The notes below the pieces were generated by a model that made no database searches, had not been told where the DNA came from, and saw nothing but the letters and a program-made list of their open reading frames with translations. From positions 682,001-746,000 of the forward strand of contig JAIVFI010000004.1 of NCBI GenBank assembly GCA_025558095.1: a stretch of DNA of 64,000 nt, read 5' to 3'. A program made the translations under genes and the position numbers. Positions within the stretch are counted from its first letter, which is position 1; every line of letters begins with the position of its first letter. Of the stretch, positions 46,268-56,855 are shown in pieces. This stretch comes from Hyaloraphidium curvatum SAG 235-1 (lineage: Eukaryota; Fungi; Monoblepharomycota).

Positions 46268-47251
46268 TTCTGGGGACGTTTGGGGTCAGCAACGGACGAG
46301 TCCCAACGGACGAAGCAACGCAAGTCCTACCCCCCCGCACGCCACTTGCAGCCAGATACTTGTCCCACGGATGAATCACTCCATCCATTCCATTTTAGAT
46401 ACAATCTTTTAATTGCTCTGAAACTCTCTGCCGAGGCACTTGATAAGCTGGCGACATTTCCATCGGACAAGAAGAACAAGAGTGGAGCGAACAAGAGTGG
46501 AGTACGTGGTGAGAGAGGATGCTAGATGACCTGATCTGCTTTACGCACTCCACATGGAAAGGGAGCGTGGGAATGTCAATGGGTCCTGGCCCCTGATCGC
46601 GGCCGCCGCCGCAGCGGGGGATCGGCGGCCGTGGCACCACCACCCTTCCGCCGGCCGACCCGTTATGCGCTCGCCATCCCGCCGCCGGCGCGAGCACGGT
46701 GCCTTGTCGGCCGCTGCCGCCCTCGCCTTCGCCCCTGCGGCGCTCGCGGCCCTGGCATGGCCCGCGGACGCCTTTGTCGAGGAGACGTGCTTCGCCCTGA
46801 ACAATGTCACGGCCCTGTATCAAACGAGCATCGACTTGAACTGCCTGGTCGATGCCCGGGACCCTGTCTGCACCGCCTCGAACCTCGCCGGTGGTTCGGG
46901 CACCTTCGGCGCGAGCAGCTGCCGCGGTTTCATCCACTTTGACGCAGTGTTCTTCACCGCTCAGGCTCTCGGCTATACGGCCGAGGCGGCATACTGGATA
47001 GCAGCCTCGTCGATGACAATTGACTTTGTGCAGTGGGTCCCCACGGAATCTTGCGGCGCTCCGCTGGCCGCCTCCTGGTTCCTTCCCCCCATGCGCGGCA
47101 TGCTTCGGACATCGACCATCACCGGAAGTCACATCCGCCACCTCGGCTTGCTCTATGGCGTCCGCCGCAAATCGGCCAACGGCCTCGTTCCTGCCGTCCG
47201 CGACTATGACTCCGAGGGGATGCTGGCCCAGGCACGGACGTGGGCTTTTGC

Positions 47252-47396
47252 GGACCTCCATGACCTCCTCGAGGTCACATGAGGCTACCTCGTGGGACCT
47301 CATTTTTCAATGTTGTTGTCCTCATATATTGAGGTCACCTCAAAATGACCTTGGTAACTGAGGTCACTTCGAGGTGACCTCAGCCACTCCTGCTAG
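47252..47396. repeat. Palindrome-rich element with repeated GAGGTCAC/GTGACCTC units and a terminal hairpin followed by CTAG
   Basis: gaggtcac at 47271, 47331 and 47360; hairpin tgaggtcac-ttcgag-gtgacctca at 47359-47382; CTAG at 47393-47396. Confidence 0.6.
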
Positions 47397-47670
47397 GGAG
47401 TGCCCAGAAGCTCAAGGACAATGACAGGCTGCACTTCTGGAGGATGTGTTACATGACCTTTGGTCACATTGCACCGTCGCTGATCCGGGTGGAGAAGCAC
47501 CGGAGGGACGTCCAGAAGGTGCTCTGCTCTACCCACGACCTGGAGGTGGAAACAGGCAGGCATCAAGGAGCAGCAGAGGATGTGCAAACATGACCCTGAG
47601 CACATTGGAGACGAACAACACTTTCTGTTCCACTGTTCAGCAACTCGGATACATCATCAAAGGCCCTATC
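47397..47670 (+). mobile_element. Degenerate 3' fragment of a non-LTR retrotransposon ORF2 (C-terminal zinc-knuckle region)
   Basis: Translates as ...KHRRDVQKVLCSTHDLEVETGRH, then after a frameshift QRMCKHDPEHIGDEQHFLFHC, matching the LINE pattern HxLxVExGR...RxCxxC...DExHFLxxC. Confidence 0.65.
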
Positions 47671-48649
47671 CCGATGCCGCCTGCAAACACAACGCTCGGC
47701 GAACAGATCATCAACTACGACTGCATCGGCGATCCGAGCTGCGCCGAGCCCACGCCGGCCTCGATGACCAACATCACGCGCGTTTCGCAGCTCGCCAGCT
47801 ACACGGCGTCGCTCCCTTACGCTCGGAACAACGTTACGGGGCAGCCGATCCCCGAAGCGTGGATGCGGATGGGGATCTACCTGCACCAGCTGGCGGATCG
47901 GGCAAGCCACTACTACTGCGCCGACCCGAGGGCGACGGCCATCTATAAGGCGTCTTCCAAAGTCTTCAGAGTGACCTGGTCGCCACGGGAGTGGTGGGTT
48001 GCCAGCCTTCGTGGGGATGAAGTCCGTTGTTGATGTCTGCTGCTTTTTGAAAAGCAACTTCGTGTTCCACGGGAATCAGCATGCTTGGTGCGTTAATTGT
48101 TGTTCTGTGGAGGGGAAGAGTCACACTTGATTGCTCCTACAGGGAGCAGATGCTTGAGCCCGGGATCCCGCCTCAATCCTACGCCATCATGCGGTCCTAC
48201 TATAAGGAGCTTGCAGCCTTCAAGGTGGGTCGCTGGCGTTTACGCGCTCCGATGTCGCTCATGCTTGTGACCAGGAACGATACCAGCGGAGTCAGCCGTC
48301 GTGGTTCAAGACCGACCACCAGCGCCTGACTGTGGACCAGCTCGTCGGCACGCCCCGGTCCAAGGGTGTGCTCACCGTTCTTGCGGAGATGAGGGACATC
48401 GTGGCGCGGATGGACCGGTTCATCTACGAGCTCAAGAGGTACGGATACGGCCAAGTGCCAGGACAAGAGCGGAGGTGCCCTGCATTGAGGAAGACGAGGT
48501 GGAGTGTGTGACGGGACGATGGACATGGAGCACGTGGCAGCGGATTAAGGGTTGAGTCGCGTGTATGTATGGTATCTGTATGCTTCCAGATTCGACTTCC
48601 AAGTCCAGGAAGCAGAAAGGGTAACAATGAGCTCCGCCGTATGATCGTC

Positions 48650-49036
48650 CTACGCGTCCAACGGGTCCAAATTCCAGCCCTCGGCCCGCTTGACGACCAC
48701 CTCCTTTCCGACATCCGCCAACAGAATCCCCTTGTCGCCGTAAACGTGCGGGAAGAGCGTCCCGGCTGCAGGTTCCCACCGAATCTCCCTCCCGGTGCCT
48801 TCCAGCGACCCAAGCAGCTTCCGGTACGGAATCTCCAGGATGATTGCCTCCTCCGCGTTGCCGAAAAAGCGCGACAGCGTCCCCGGCAGCTGTGATCGCA
48901 CCGAAAGGTGGACGAATCCGTCCTTCTCGTCCAGCGCGGTCAGGAAGTGCGGCTCGGGGGCCACGAGCAGGGCGCGTTCCGAATGCAGCAGAATCTTGTA
49001 GACATGTGACGGCGGCGGGACGGGCTCTGCGGCCAT
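48650..49036 (-). CDS. DUF952 family protein, single exon
   Basis: VYKIL, LDEKDGFVHLS..QL..T..RFF, RWE....LFPHVYG. Confidence 0.88.
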   Translation of the reverse strand: MAAEPVPPPSHVYKILLHSERALLVAPEPHFLTALDEKDGFVHLSVRSQLPGTLSRFFGNAEEAIILEIPYRKLLGSLEGTGREIRWEPAAGTLFPHVYGDKGILLADVGKEVVVKRAEGWNLDPLDA

Positions 49037-49189
49037 CTTGTTCTACTTCGCAGCGTGGGTCAGATGGGTCCGATCATGATCGGCCGCCCGTCGGGCCGCG
49101 ACTGCCTCCCACGCAACTCCCCCGAATCCGGATCAACCTTTTTCGCGACATCGCAGCGACTCTCTTCGCACCGTACAGGGGCCATCGCC

Positions 49190-50036
49190 ATGATCCGCGT
49201 CTATGATCATCCGTTGTCGCCGTACGCTCAAAAAGTCAAGATTGCGCTGCGGGAAAAGGGCCAGGAGTTCGAGGCCCCCCTGCCGAGCGGGATCGGCTCC
49301 GGCGGGGCCGGCGGCGAGTTCACCGAGGCCAACCCCCGGGCCGAAGTGCCGGCCCTAATCGACGGCGACGTCCGCGTCTTCGACTCCACCATCATCTGCG
49401 AGTACATCGAGGAAAAGTGGCCCACGCCGGCGCTCCTGCCCAAGGACCCCGCCGAGCGGGCGCGGGTGCGGATGCTGGAGGAGGTCGGCTCCAATCTCTC
49501 TGCCGGCGTTTTGGTACATGGCTAACTTGATGCGATAGGTGATGGACACCCACTTCGAGGCCCTGACCTGGAGCATCGGCGAGATACGGGTTTTCAAGCG
49601 CGCCACCGGCGAGCTGAAGGAGAAGATAGAAGCTGGGGTGGCCAGCAAACTGGCTGGCTTCTACTCGTGGCTCGAGCGCCAGCTGGGCGACCGGCACTGG
49701 TTCAACGGCGACGCCTTCGGCTGGGGCGATATGAGCGTCGTCCCTTTCGTGAATGGAGCGGTCGGCTCGGGCTTCGCCGTCCCGGCTGGCTCCAAGCTCG
49801 CCGACTGGCTGGCGCGGGCGAACGAAAGGCCCTCCGTGGCCGCCTGCGTGAAGGATATTGCCGACTGGGCAAAGGGCAGTTCAATTGTGGATGTGGCCGA
49901 TCTGGTGGAAAAAGGCCTCTTCAAGCGCGAGTACCGCGACCACCGGCTGGAGTGGATGATCAATTCCGGCGGCATCGAGGTGGTCCTGAAGGGCCTCGAA
50001 AAGAACAACATCCGCTTCGCACCTGATTTCAAATAG
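49190..50036 (+). CDS. Glutathione S-transferase, bacterial-like subtype, one intron (49484-49538)
   Basis: YDHPLSPYAQKVKIALREKG, NPRAEVPAL, FDSTIICEYIEEKWP, and C-terminal REYRDHRLEWM extension; exon 1 is 98 codons and splices in frame. Confidence 0.9.
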
Positions 50037-50243
50037 GAACTGGATATTCTTAACTGGACTCGGACGTTTGCGACCCGAGCTCCTTCCCTGGGAGTTTTGA
50101 ATCGGAGTTCTCATTTGGAGTTTGAGTGGAGTTGTGGAGTCGGAGTCGTACGAGTTCTTTACAATGTGATCGTGTTCATCCGTCTTCTCTGCGCATCGCG
50201 TCGACAAAGTCAGCTGAGTACCAGTAGAGAAGTCATTCAAGAG

Positions 50244-51170
50244 TTACAAGACTCTCCGCGGCGGGGGCAGGGCACTGTTGCCGGAATTCCAGCACCTCTC
50301 CCACGGCCGCCTGTCGTCCACCCCCATGCATGCCAGTTCCTCCTGCATCCTCTGCAGTCCCGCGGTCAGCCGCTCGTTAGCCAGGTTCCAGAGCGCCAGG
50401 TCCCCGTTGTACCACCACTGCACTGCCCCCGCAACCTCGGGCCGCACCGGCGCCGGCGCCCTCACGTGCTGCGGGGACCAGCTGCCGGGCGGCGGGAGCG
50501 GCCACCCAAAGGTGTAGAACAGTAGGCAGAGGGACTCGTCGAAGCGTTCGAGGACACCGATCCAGGCGGCCTTGCGGGCGTTTTCGAGGGCTTCTTTCAC
50601 GGCGCTTTCCGTAGGCGGCCTGTGCTCCAGTTCCAGGTATGCCGTGCCGTTGGCGGAGAGCACGAATGTCTGGTAGTCGCCAAGAACTTCGAGCAGCGCC
50701 GTCTGGTTCGACTGGTACCGCTCCTTGATGTGTTGCAACACGGCCGCGGAGAGCGCGCTGTCCAGCCACCGCGCGGGGTGCCTCACAAGGGCGATTGGGG
50801 CCACAGGAAACGGCAGTTCGTGCAGGAATGACCAGCCCACATGCGCAAACAGCACGCGCCAGGCGGGGTCCGGTACGGCGGGCCACCGCGCTTGCCGCGA
50901 GGCGTTGAAGAGGTCTGCGCGCGCCGAGCCGGGCACAATGTTTCCGGGCAGCGCGGCGGCAATTGCGTCGCTGAGCGTTGTGCCGCCGCTCTTCAGCGAG
51001 TGCATGAAGACGGCGACGGCTTCCGGCGGCGGGCGGGGCAGCGGCGGGGCTTCCGGAAAGCAAAACATGCCCTCCGGCCCCTTGCCCAGCAGCGCAATGG
51101 ACGACGAGGCCACCAGCGTGGCCAACAGTGCTAAGCGCGCGGCCGGCGCGCGGGGCCTCTCGCTCGCCAT
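50244..51170 (-). CDS. Membrane-anchored carbohydrate sulfotransferase (Sulfotransfer_2/Gal-3-O-ST-like), single exon
   Basis: 5'-PSB motif FMHSLKSGGTTL, 3'-PB motif LVRHP..WLDS, IGVLERFDESL.LL, DLALWNLA. Confidence 0.8.
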   Translation of the reverse strand: MASERPRAPAARLALLATLVASSSIALLGKGPEGMFCFPEAPPLPRPPPEAVAVFMHSLKSGGTTLSDAIAAALPGNIVPGSARADLFNASRQARWPAVPDPAWRVLFAHVGWSFLHELPFPVAPIALVRHPARWLDSALSAAVLQHIKERYQSNQTALLEVLGDYQTFVLSANGTAYLELEHRPPTESAVKEALENARKAAWIGVLERFDESLCLLFYTFGWPLPPPGSWSPQHVRAPAPVRPEVAGAVQWWYNGDLALWNLANERLTAGLQRMQEELACMGVDDRRPWERCWNSGNSALPPPRRVL

Positions 51171-51564
51171 GCCCTTGCTGAGGCAACTATCTGCTGTGTT
51201 TGGGCCCCGCTCCGCCTGCGTCCTCCTTCTCCAGGGACGGCGCGAGCACGAGCAGCACTGCGGCCTCGCTGCGGAAGCCTAAGCTCTTGCTGGAACTGAA
51301 GCACCAGCCGAGCCACAGGCGGAGCGCCGATAGCCCTAGTGGTAGGTTGTGCGAGGTGCTGTGGCAAGAGGGGCGGGCGGCATGGCTGGGGACAACAGCG
51401 CGCCCAATAACTGCTCCGCAGTTCCGCACCCTCCAAAGCCCGCTCCCCACTACGGCGATTCGAACCAATTTGAAATCAGCAATGGATACACTTTTATTAA
51501 AGTGAGCAGGGGCAAGCACGAGTTGGATCCGTGCATCAGTTGAGCGGTATCTCGTTTTCACATT

Positions 51565-51642
51565 CGGAACCCGTTACATTGGGCGGCTTTGGCCACACTA
51601 GCCGGCTCCTGCGGAACCGGTTACATTTGGCGGTTTCGGCCA
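51565..51642. repeat. 31-bp imperfect direct repeat straddling the stop codon of the FkbM-like gene
   Basis: 51565-51595 versus 51612-51642, four mismatches; both read WPKPPNVTGS on the minus strand. Confidence 0.85.
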
Positions 51643-52660
51643 AGGCTTTCCGTCGGTCCCGTACATCTCGTCGTCCAGAGAAGTGACGTTGAAAGCGCAC
51701 CCGTAGTGGGCCGGCGGATCCGCAAAGAGCGTCTGCGCAAACCTGAGAAACTCCGCGCCGACGTGCAGCTCTAAGTACAGGTAGTCGACGTGGCAGAAGA
51801 GGCCAAGGTATATCATGGGCTTGAACACGGAGAGGTCAGCTCCCTCTGTGGCGCTTGGTCAGCGAGCGCCCAAATCAACGGCCCTAATGGGACAGCCTAC
51901 CAATGTCCAGCTTCATCACCACGCTCGGGGGAACGCCCGTTCCCGAACGTGGAGGCGATATGATCCGGCCCACGACGTTGCTCCGGAACCAGGTCGGGAA
52001 GTCCATTGTCGCGACCTTCACCAGGGCCTCGCTCGACTCCATCTCCCGCGCGGTCCCGTTCGGGAAGTACTTGGCCACGGGCGGCTCGCCCAGCCGCGCG
52101 CCCCACTGCCTCCCCGGGCCCCCGCCCGCCGCGTCCCCAGGGTTCGTATAGAAATCGATGGAGTCCCCGTCGCGGTCAGTGACGGCGGCCTGGAAAACCT
52201 TGACGCGCCAGCCCATGGCGCGGTACGTTCGTTCCAGCGTCTCCAATCGCTCTTTGTGCACCGGATTGGGCTCGAATCCGAAGGCACAGACCTCGGAGCG
52301 ATCGCCGGGGAAGTACTGCCCGAAGACGGGGAGCACCGACGAGTTCGGGTACAGGTGGGGCTCGTACAGCTTCCGGATCTGCACGCCCAGATTGGTGCCG
52401 AGGTCCAGGTAGACGTGCCGGCACCCGTCGGCATCCTTGGGCGGCGGTGCCGCGGGCGGGGGCGCCGGCGGACTGCGCGGCGCCGCGGCGGGAGGAGCGC
52501 CCGCGTCGCGCACGGCGGCCCCGTCCAATCCACGGCTCGCCGAGTTCGCGGAGGAATAGTTCGAGACGGGCATGGAAGCCCAGAATCCAATCGTAAAGAC
52601 GAGGAGGACCGCCACGGGGAGCACGGAGAGCAACTGCGAATTCTGCGCCGACAGGGCCAT
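51598..52660 (-). CDS. FkbM-like SAM methyltransferase with TM anchor, one intron
   Basis: HVYLDLGTNLG, FGFEPNP, VVMKLDI|EGAD, LYLELH; intron about 51848-51900. Confidence 0.78.
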
Positions 52661-53529
52661 CTCCGCCGGCGCCGCGCGTCCGCGGTCGTGCCTCCACGCA
52701 GAATGCCGTCGCGCCGGACCGTCGATGGCCGGGCGGCGGCGCGGAGAAGACGCGTGGTTTTCGGTTTGGCGGGTGCGTCTTCGTTCGGCAACTGCCGAGC
52801 ACGATACTGCTATAGTACTGCGGTACTGCCTGACGAGCAAATGAGCACGGTACATGTCAGACCCAGTCCGACGCGGAAGCATGCTGTGAGCTTCCGGTTA
52901 GCGCATCAGATGCAGCTCCGAGCACGTCTTCGTGCGGATTGGCACGTTCAGGACTGGATCTGGAGACGCTCAAAGGCGGCTGTGGGAAGCTCTGGAGATC
53001 CACGGTCGAATCCGCGGCCGATGATGCCCCTTTCCGGATTGTCTATGTAATCGCCGCCATCCTGCCAATGCCAGCGAGAAGGCAATATGAAATGGCAGCG
53101 AGAAGGCAATGTAAAGTGTTCGCTGTAGATGCACGGCGCACGTCGTGCTTCGTACGACGGGATTGGCATGGGGTGTCCACCGCATCCTGCCCCTGCCCGA
53201 ATCACAATCGTGTCCATATGAACAATCTGGTCTTGACACACGCTCCGATGTCCTGTTCGTGATGAGATCAGGGGTTGTCAGCGACCGATCCAGCGTGCGC
53301 GGGTCCCGTGCGCCCATTCAGGGTCCTTGCCCCGCACCCTCTTCCAAACGGCCGCATTCCAGCGATTGCCGTTACCTGCTCGTTCTTGCGTCCTTGCAAG
53401 ACCGCAGCCCTTTGGCACCACGTGCCGGCATTGCTGTCGCGGACCCCTCTCGCCCCTCCACGCTTCGAGACACATCCGCAGCCTCCTGCCCCCCACGGCG
53501 TTTAGAGAGCCCGCGAAAGACGCGCCGCA

Positions 53530-55165
53530 ATGTCCTCAAACATCAAACCCGAGCAGTTGAAGGGGTTCGAGGGGAGCTTCGACAACCCCGGCCTCATGCT
53601 CCCGTGCAACTTCTCGATCCTGCCCAAGGACGACGCCGCGGTCCGCAAGGCCGCCGAGGCCGCCGTTAACGACTCGTGCCTCGTCAAGGTCGGCTCGCGC
53701 GTGGTCATCAACAACCCCTGCAACCTCCCGACCTGGCCGTGGCTTCCCGACGGGCACCTGACCGTGATGAGGTCCCCGGGAGACGCGGCGGACAAGTTCA
53801 TCATCTACTGGAGCGAGTGGTGAGCCCATTCCGCTTGCCAAAGGGGTTAAGGGCGCTGATTACGGGCTGCAGGGAGAACTACCGCACCGTCGGGGACCTG
53901 CCCTGGCCTGAAACGCACGCGGGGCCGAATCCCGGTGCCATCGTTTGGGGCGGGCGCAACGGGATCCTGGGGAGGCACGACAGGTTCGGCCGGCGGAAGC
54001 TGCCCACCGGATCGCGGCTAATTGCGGATTCCCCTTTCTCAGCGGCGGTGCTTGGCTCCAAGGCGTCGTGCGCCGGACGCCAGCCGACAGAAGATACCGC
54101 ACCTGGCGGCTCATTGGAACATACCACGCGGAGGACCGGTACACAATGGAGAAGGACGAGTGCTGGAAGAGCATCGGCGTCTGGTACGTCTTGAGGCCGT
54201 TCCGCCCGGGTTGCGCGCTCACTGCCGCAGCTACTCGATCGACGACGGCCTGCCCGCATCCTGGATTGAGGGCGGCGTCATCATCAGCGCAAACGAGGAG
54301 AAGGTTGTACTTTCGCGACGCGGTAATTTTGCCGGTCTGACGATTGCGCTGCAGCCCAAGGAGATGTGCTTTGGCGGCGTCGGCGACCACTGCTACGTGT
54401 GGGTGCCACGGCGAGCCAACCAGACTGGCCATCCGGCTCACGCTGCCCCTCGCCCAGTTACGACTGGATCAACAAGCGCCACGTGATCTTCTACACCGAC
54501 CACATGGGCATCCACATGGCCATCTCGTACGACATCCTCGCCCGCGCGGGATTCTGGCTCAAGTACCACAACGGCGGCTTCACCGAGTTCGGCATCCGGG
54601 GCAAGTCCACGCGGATCGAGGCGCTGGCCGGGCTGGACGACTGGAAGGGCATGGCGGCGGGATCCAACCCGAGCGTGATCTGGTGAGCCTGATCCTGTCC
54701 CGCAACTCCCGGAGCCTCGAGTGACCGTCGTCATGGGCGGACAGGTCCACCTTCCTCAACCGCTGGGTGATGGTCTGGGGCACCTGGCAGGGCCGCATCT
54801 GCCTCTCCACCGCCGGGCCGGACATGGTCAACTGGGAGAAGCCGCGCATCATCATCGACAGCCAGGAGGGGAACAAGGCTTGGTACCCCAACCTCATCGG
54901 CGCAGAGAACGGGAGCGAGTCCATCGGCGCCGAGTGCAGGCTCTACTACGCCGATTTCAGGAAGGACAACTCGCGGGCCTTCTGCTACGTGCCCATCACC
55001 GTGGGTCGACTTCCGGCCGCCCCGTCGAAGCGATGGCTGACATCCGCACAGTTCACCAAGTGCCCCAAGACCGATCCCAAGCTGACCCAGGCCCCCCTGT
55101 ACGGCGTCACCTCGGGCCTGGTGAACACCGCCTGGCCCCGCGACCAGCCCAAGCCCGCCGCTTGA
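53530..55165 (+). CDS. Uncharacterised Trp/Tyr/Gly-rich protein, possibly a glycoside-hydrolase-like beta-propeller, multi-exon
   Basis: Intron-bounded exons with YHAED, CWKSIG, GGVGDH, WLKYHNGGF, NPSVIW, WVMVWGTW, WYPNLIG and LYYADF beta-strand-like repeats; family not pinned down. Confidence 0.5.
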
Positions 55166-55354
55166 GCGGGAAGATCGGTATGGCCGCCTGCATAGATCGA
55201 ATGAATATTGCACATATCCTGCACCAAAAGGGCGAATAAAGCTCAATCTATTACGCGGAATGCGGATCCTTTTCGTGGAAGATTGCCGATTCAGATTCGG
55301 GCCCACTTGGGCAGCTAGGACGCGCTCGTGATTCCCTCGTCCCAGTGGAAAACA

Positions 55355-56734
55355 ATGAAGGACTATGCGGCGACGGTGCCGCGACATTGGATCCTGCGCG
55401 CGCTGCTCATTGCCGCAGCGGTGTCGGCGCTGCCGTACTACTGGTCGCTCCGCGGCCCCGGGCTGGGCCCCGGGACGGACGTCGGCGCGGCTCGCACGGC
55501 GCCGCCTGCGGCCGCGCCGTCCCAAACCCCGTGCGCGCCCTCCCCGGACGTGTGCCGCCCGTGGACCCGCCGCCCGGAGCTCCGCCCGTCCAACTCGAGC
55601 TGGCACCGCTGCCTGCACGCCCGCGGCGGCCCGGCAAAGACGCGCTGCTACTTCCGCAACGTGTGCGTCGGCACCGACGGCAGGCTGCTGTACTATACGG
55701 GGGGAAAGGAGATGCCGGAGTGGAACGACCCGCTGCTGTACCTGGTGAGCAGGGCCGAGGAGCCCTACTTCAACCGCACGCGGCTCAACGTGAGCGTGAT
55801 CAACGAGGCCCTGCCCGACGTGCCGTTTTTCCCGTCGGCGACGGTCTACTTCGAGTCCTTCCAGCCCGAGAACTTTGGCCACGCGCTGGACGACAACTTC
55901 TTCCCCGCGTGGCGGCTGCTGAGCATGTTCGGCATGGGCTGGGACCGCGACGTGCTGTACCTCGCCAAGGACTCGCGGCCGGACCTGTGCACCTCGCGGT
56001 TCGAGCTCAACAGGAGGCATTGCGAGCACCTGCAGGATTTCGCGCGGTTCTTCGGCGGGAGGCCGGCCTACGCGGTGCGGAACCCGCCCGCGGAGTGGAC
56101 CTCCGGGGGCGCGCCGGGAGGGGGGAAGCGGTTCTGCGCGCGGCACCTGGTCGCGGGGTTCTCGGGGTGGTCCATGAACCACGACGAGGACAGCCGGCAC
56201 GACCCGTTCGTGGACATGGTCATGTGCCGCGCGGGGGTCGACCCGCGGGGGCCGCTGCCGCGCGAGCACCGCGTGGCCTTCTTCAACAAGACCTCGCGCC
56301 GCGTGACGGTCAACACCGCGGAGCTCGCCGACGCGGTCCGCAGGACGTTCGGGGTGCCGGTGGACGTGCTGGACGTGGCCTCGATGGGCTTCGTCGAGCA
56401 GATCCGCGCCATGCAGAACTACACCCTCGCCATCGCGCCCACGGGGGGCATCGGCTTCTCGACCATGTTTTTGCCGTACGGCGCCTCGTCGCTGTACATC
56501 GGCAACCTCGAGATCTGGCTGTGGACGTCGCGGCTCCGCGCGCGGGACCACTTCTACCTCCCGCAGGACGAGGAGCTGCTTTACAACCGGACCGAGTACA
56601 CTGAGAAGGTGGCGCAGTACGGGGCGGATAACCCCAAGGCGAGGGGGGTCAGGCGCAACTGCGACAACAGGGTGGACGTGGGGAGGTTCCTGGGGGCCGT
56701 GCGGCAGGCGCTGGACGGGGTGGATTGGGGGTGA
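55355..56734 (+). CDS. GT61/DUF563-like glycosyltransferase, single exon
   Basis: TM anchor; CYFRNVC, NFGHALDD.FFP, RR.TVN..EL, MGFVEQIRAM....LAIAPTGG.GF..MFLP.GA. Confidence 0.75.
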   Translation: MKDYAATVPRHWILRALLIAAAVSALPYYWSLRGPGLGPGTDVGAARTAPPAAAPSQTPCAPSPDVCRPWTRRPELRPSNSSWHRCLHARGGPAKTRCYFRNVCVGTDGRLLYYTGGKEMPEWNDPLLYLVSRAEEPYFNRTRLNVSVINEALPDVPFFPSATVYFESFQPENFGHALDDNFFPAWRLLSMFGMGWDRDVLYLAKDSRPDLCTSRFELNRRHCEHLQDFARFFGGRPAYAVRNPPAEWTSGGAPGGGKRFCARHLVAGFSGWSMNHDEDSRHDPFVDMVMCRAGVDPRGPLPREHRVAFFNKTSRRVTVNTAELADAVRRTFGVPVDVLDVASMGFVEQIRAMQNYTLAIAPTGGIGFSTMFLPYGASSLYIGNLEIWLWTSRLRARDHFYLPQDEELLYNRTEYTEKVAQYGADNPKARGVRRNCDNRVDVGRFLGAVRQALDGVDWG

Positions 56735-56855
56735 GGGGCGTCCAGGGAAGAGCTGAGTTGAATGGAATCCTAGTCGTCCTCCTTATTTGTGCGGGGACCT
56801 TGCGTCCCACTGACAGTACGTAGGCCGCAAACAGTCGCCACGAACTACGGCGGCG

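Larger units (their letters stand above)
46665..48511 (+). pseudogene. Secreted Cys-containing uncharacterised protein gene interrupted by an inserted repeat/LINE segment
   Basis: Signal peptide and coding-like sequence to RTWAF (about 47250), premature stop at 47282 inside foreign sequence, coding-like sequence resumes by about 47670 (TTLGEQII...MGIYLHQLADRASHYYC) with further intron-bounded exons. Confidence 0.55.

Noticed and set aside
47252-47396. Repeated palindromes as a possible CRISPR array
   Set aside because: Units are about 8 bp, irregularly spaced and in both orientations, with no cas genes and a eukaryotic context.
53072-53110. Short direct repeats (cagcgagaaggcaat twice; also aacaagagtggag twice near 46475-46502)
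   Set aside because: Two-copy intergenic micro-duplications with no further support for function.
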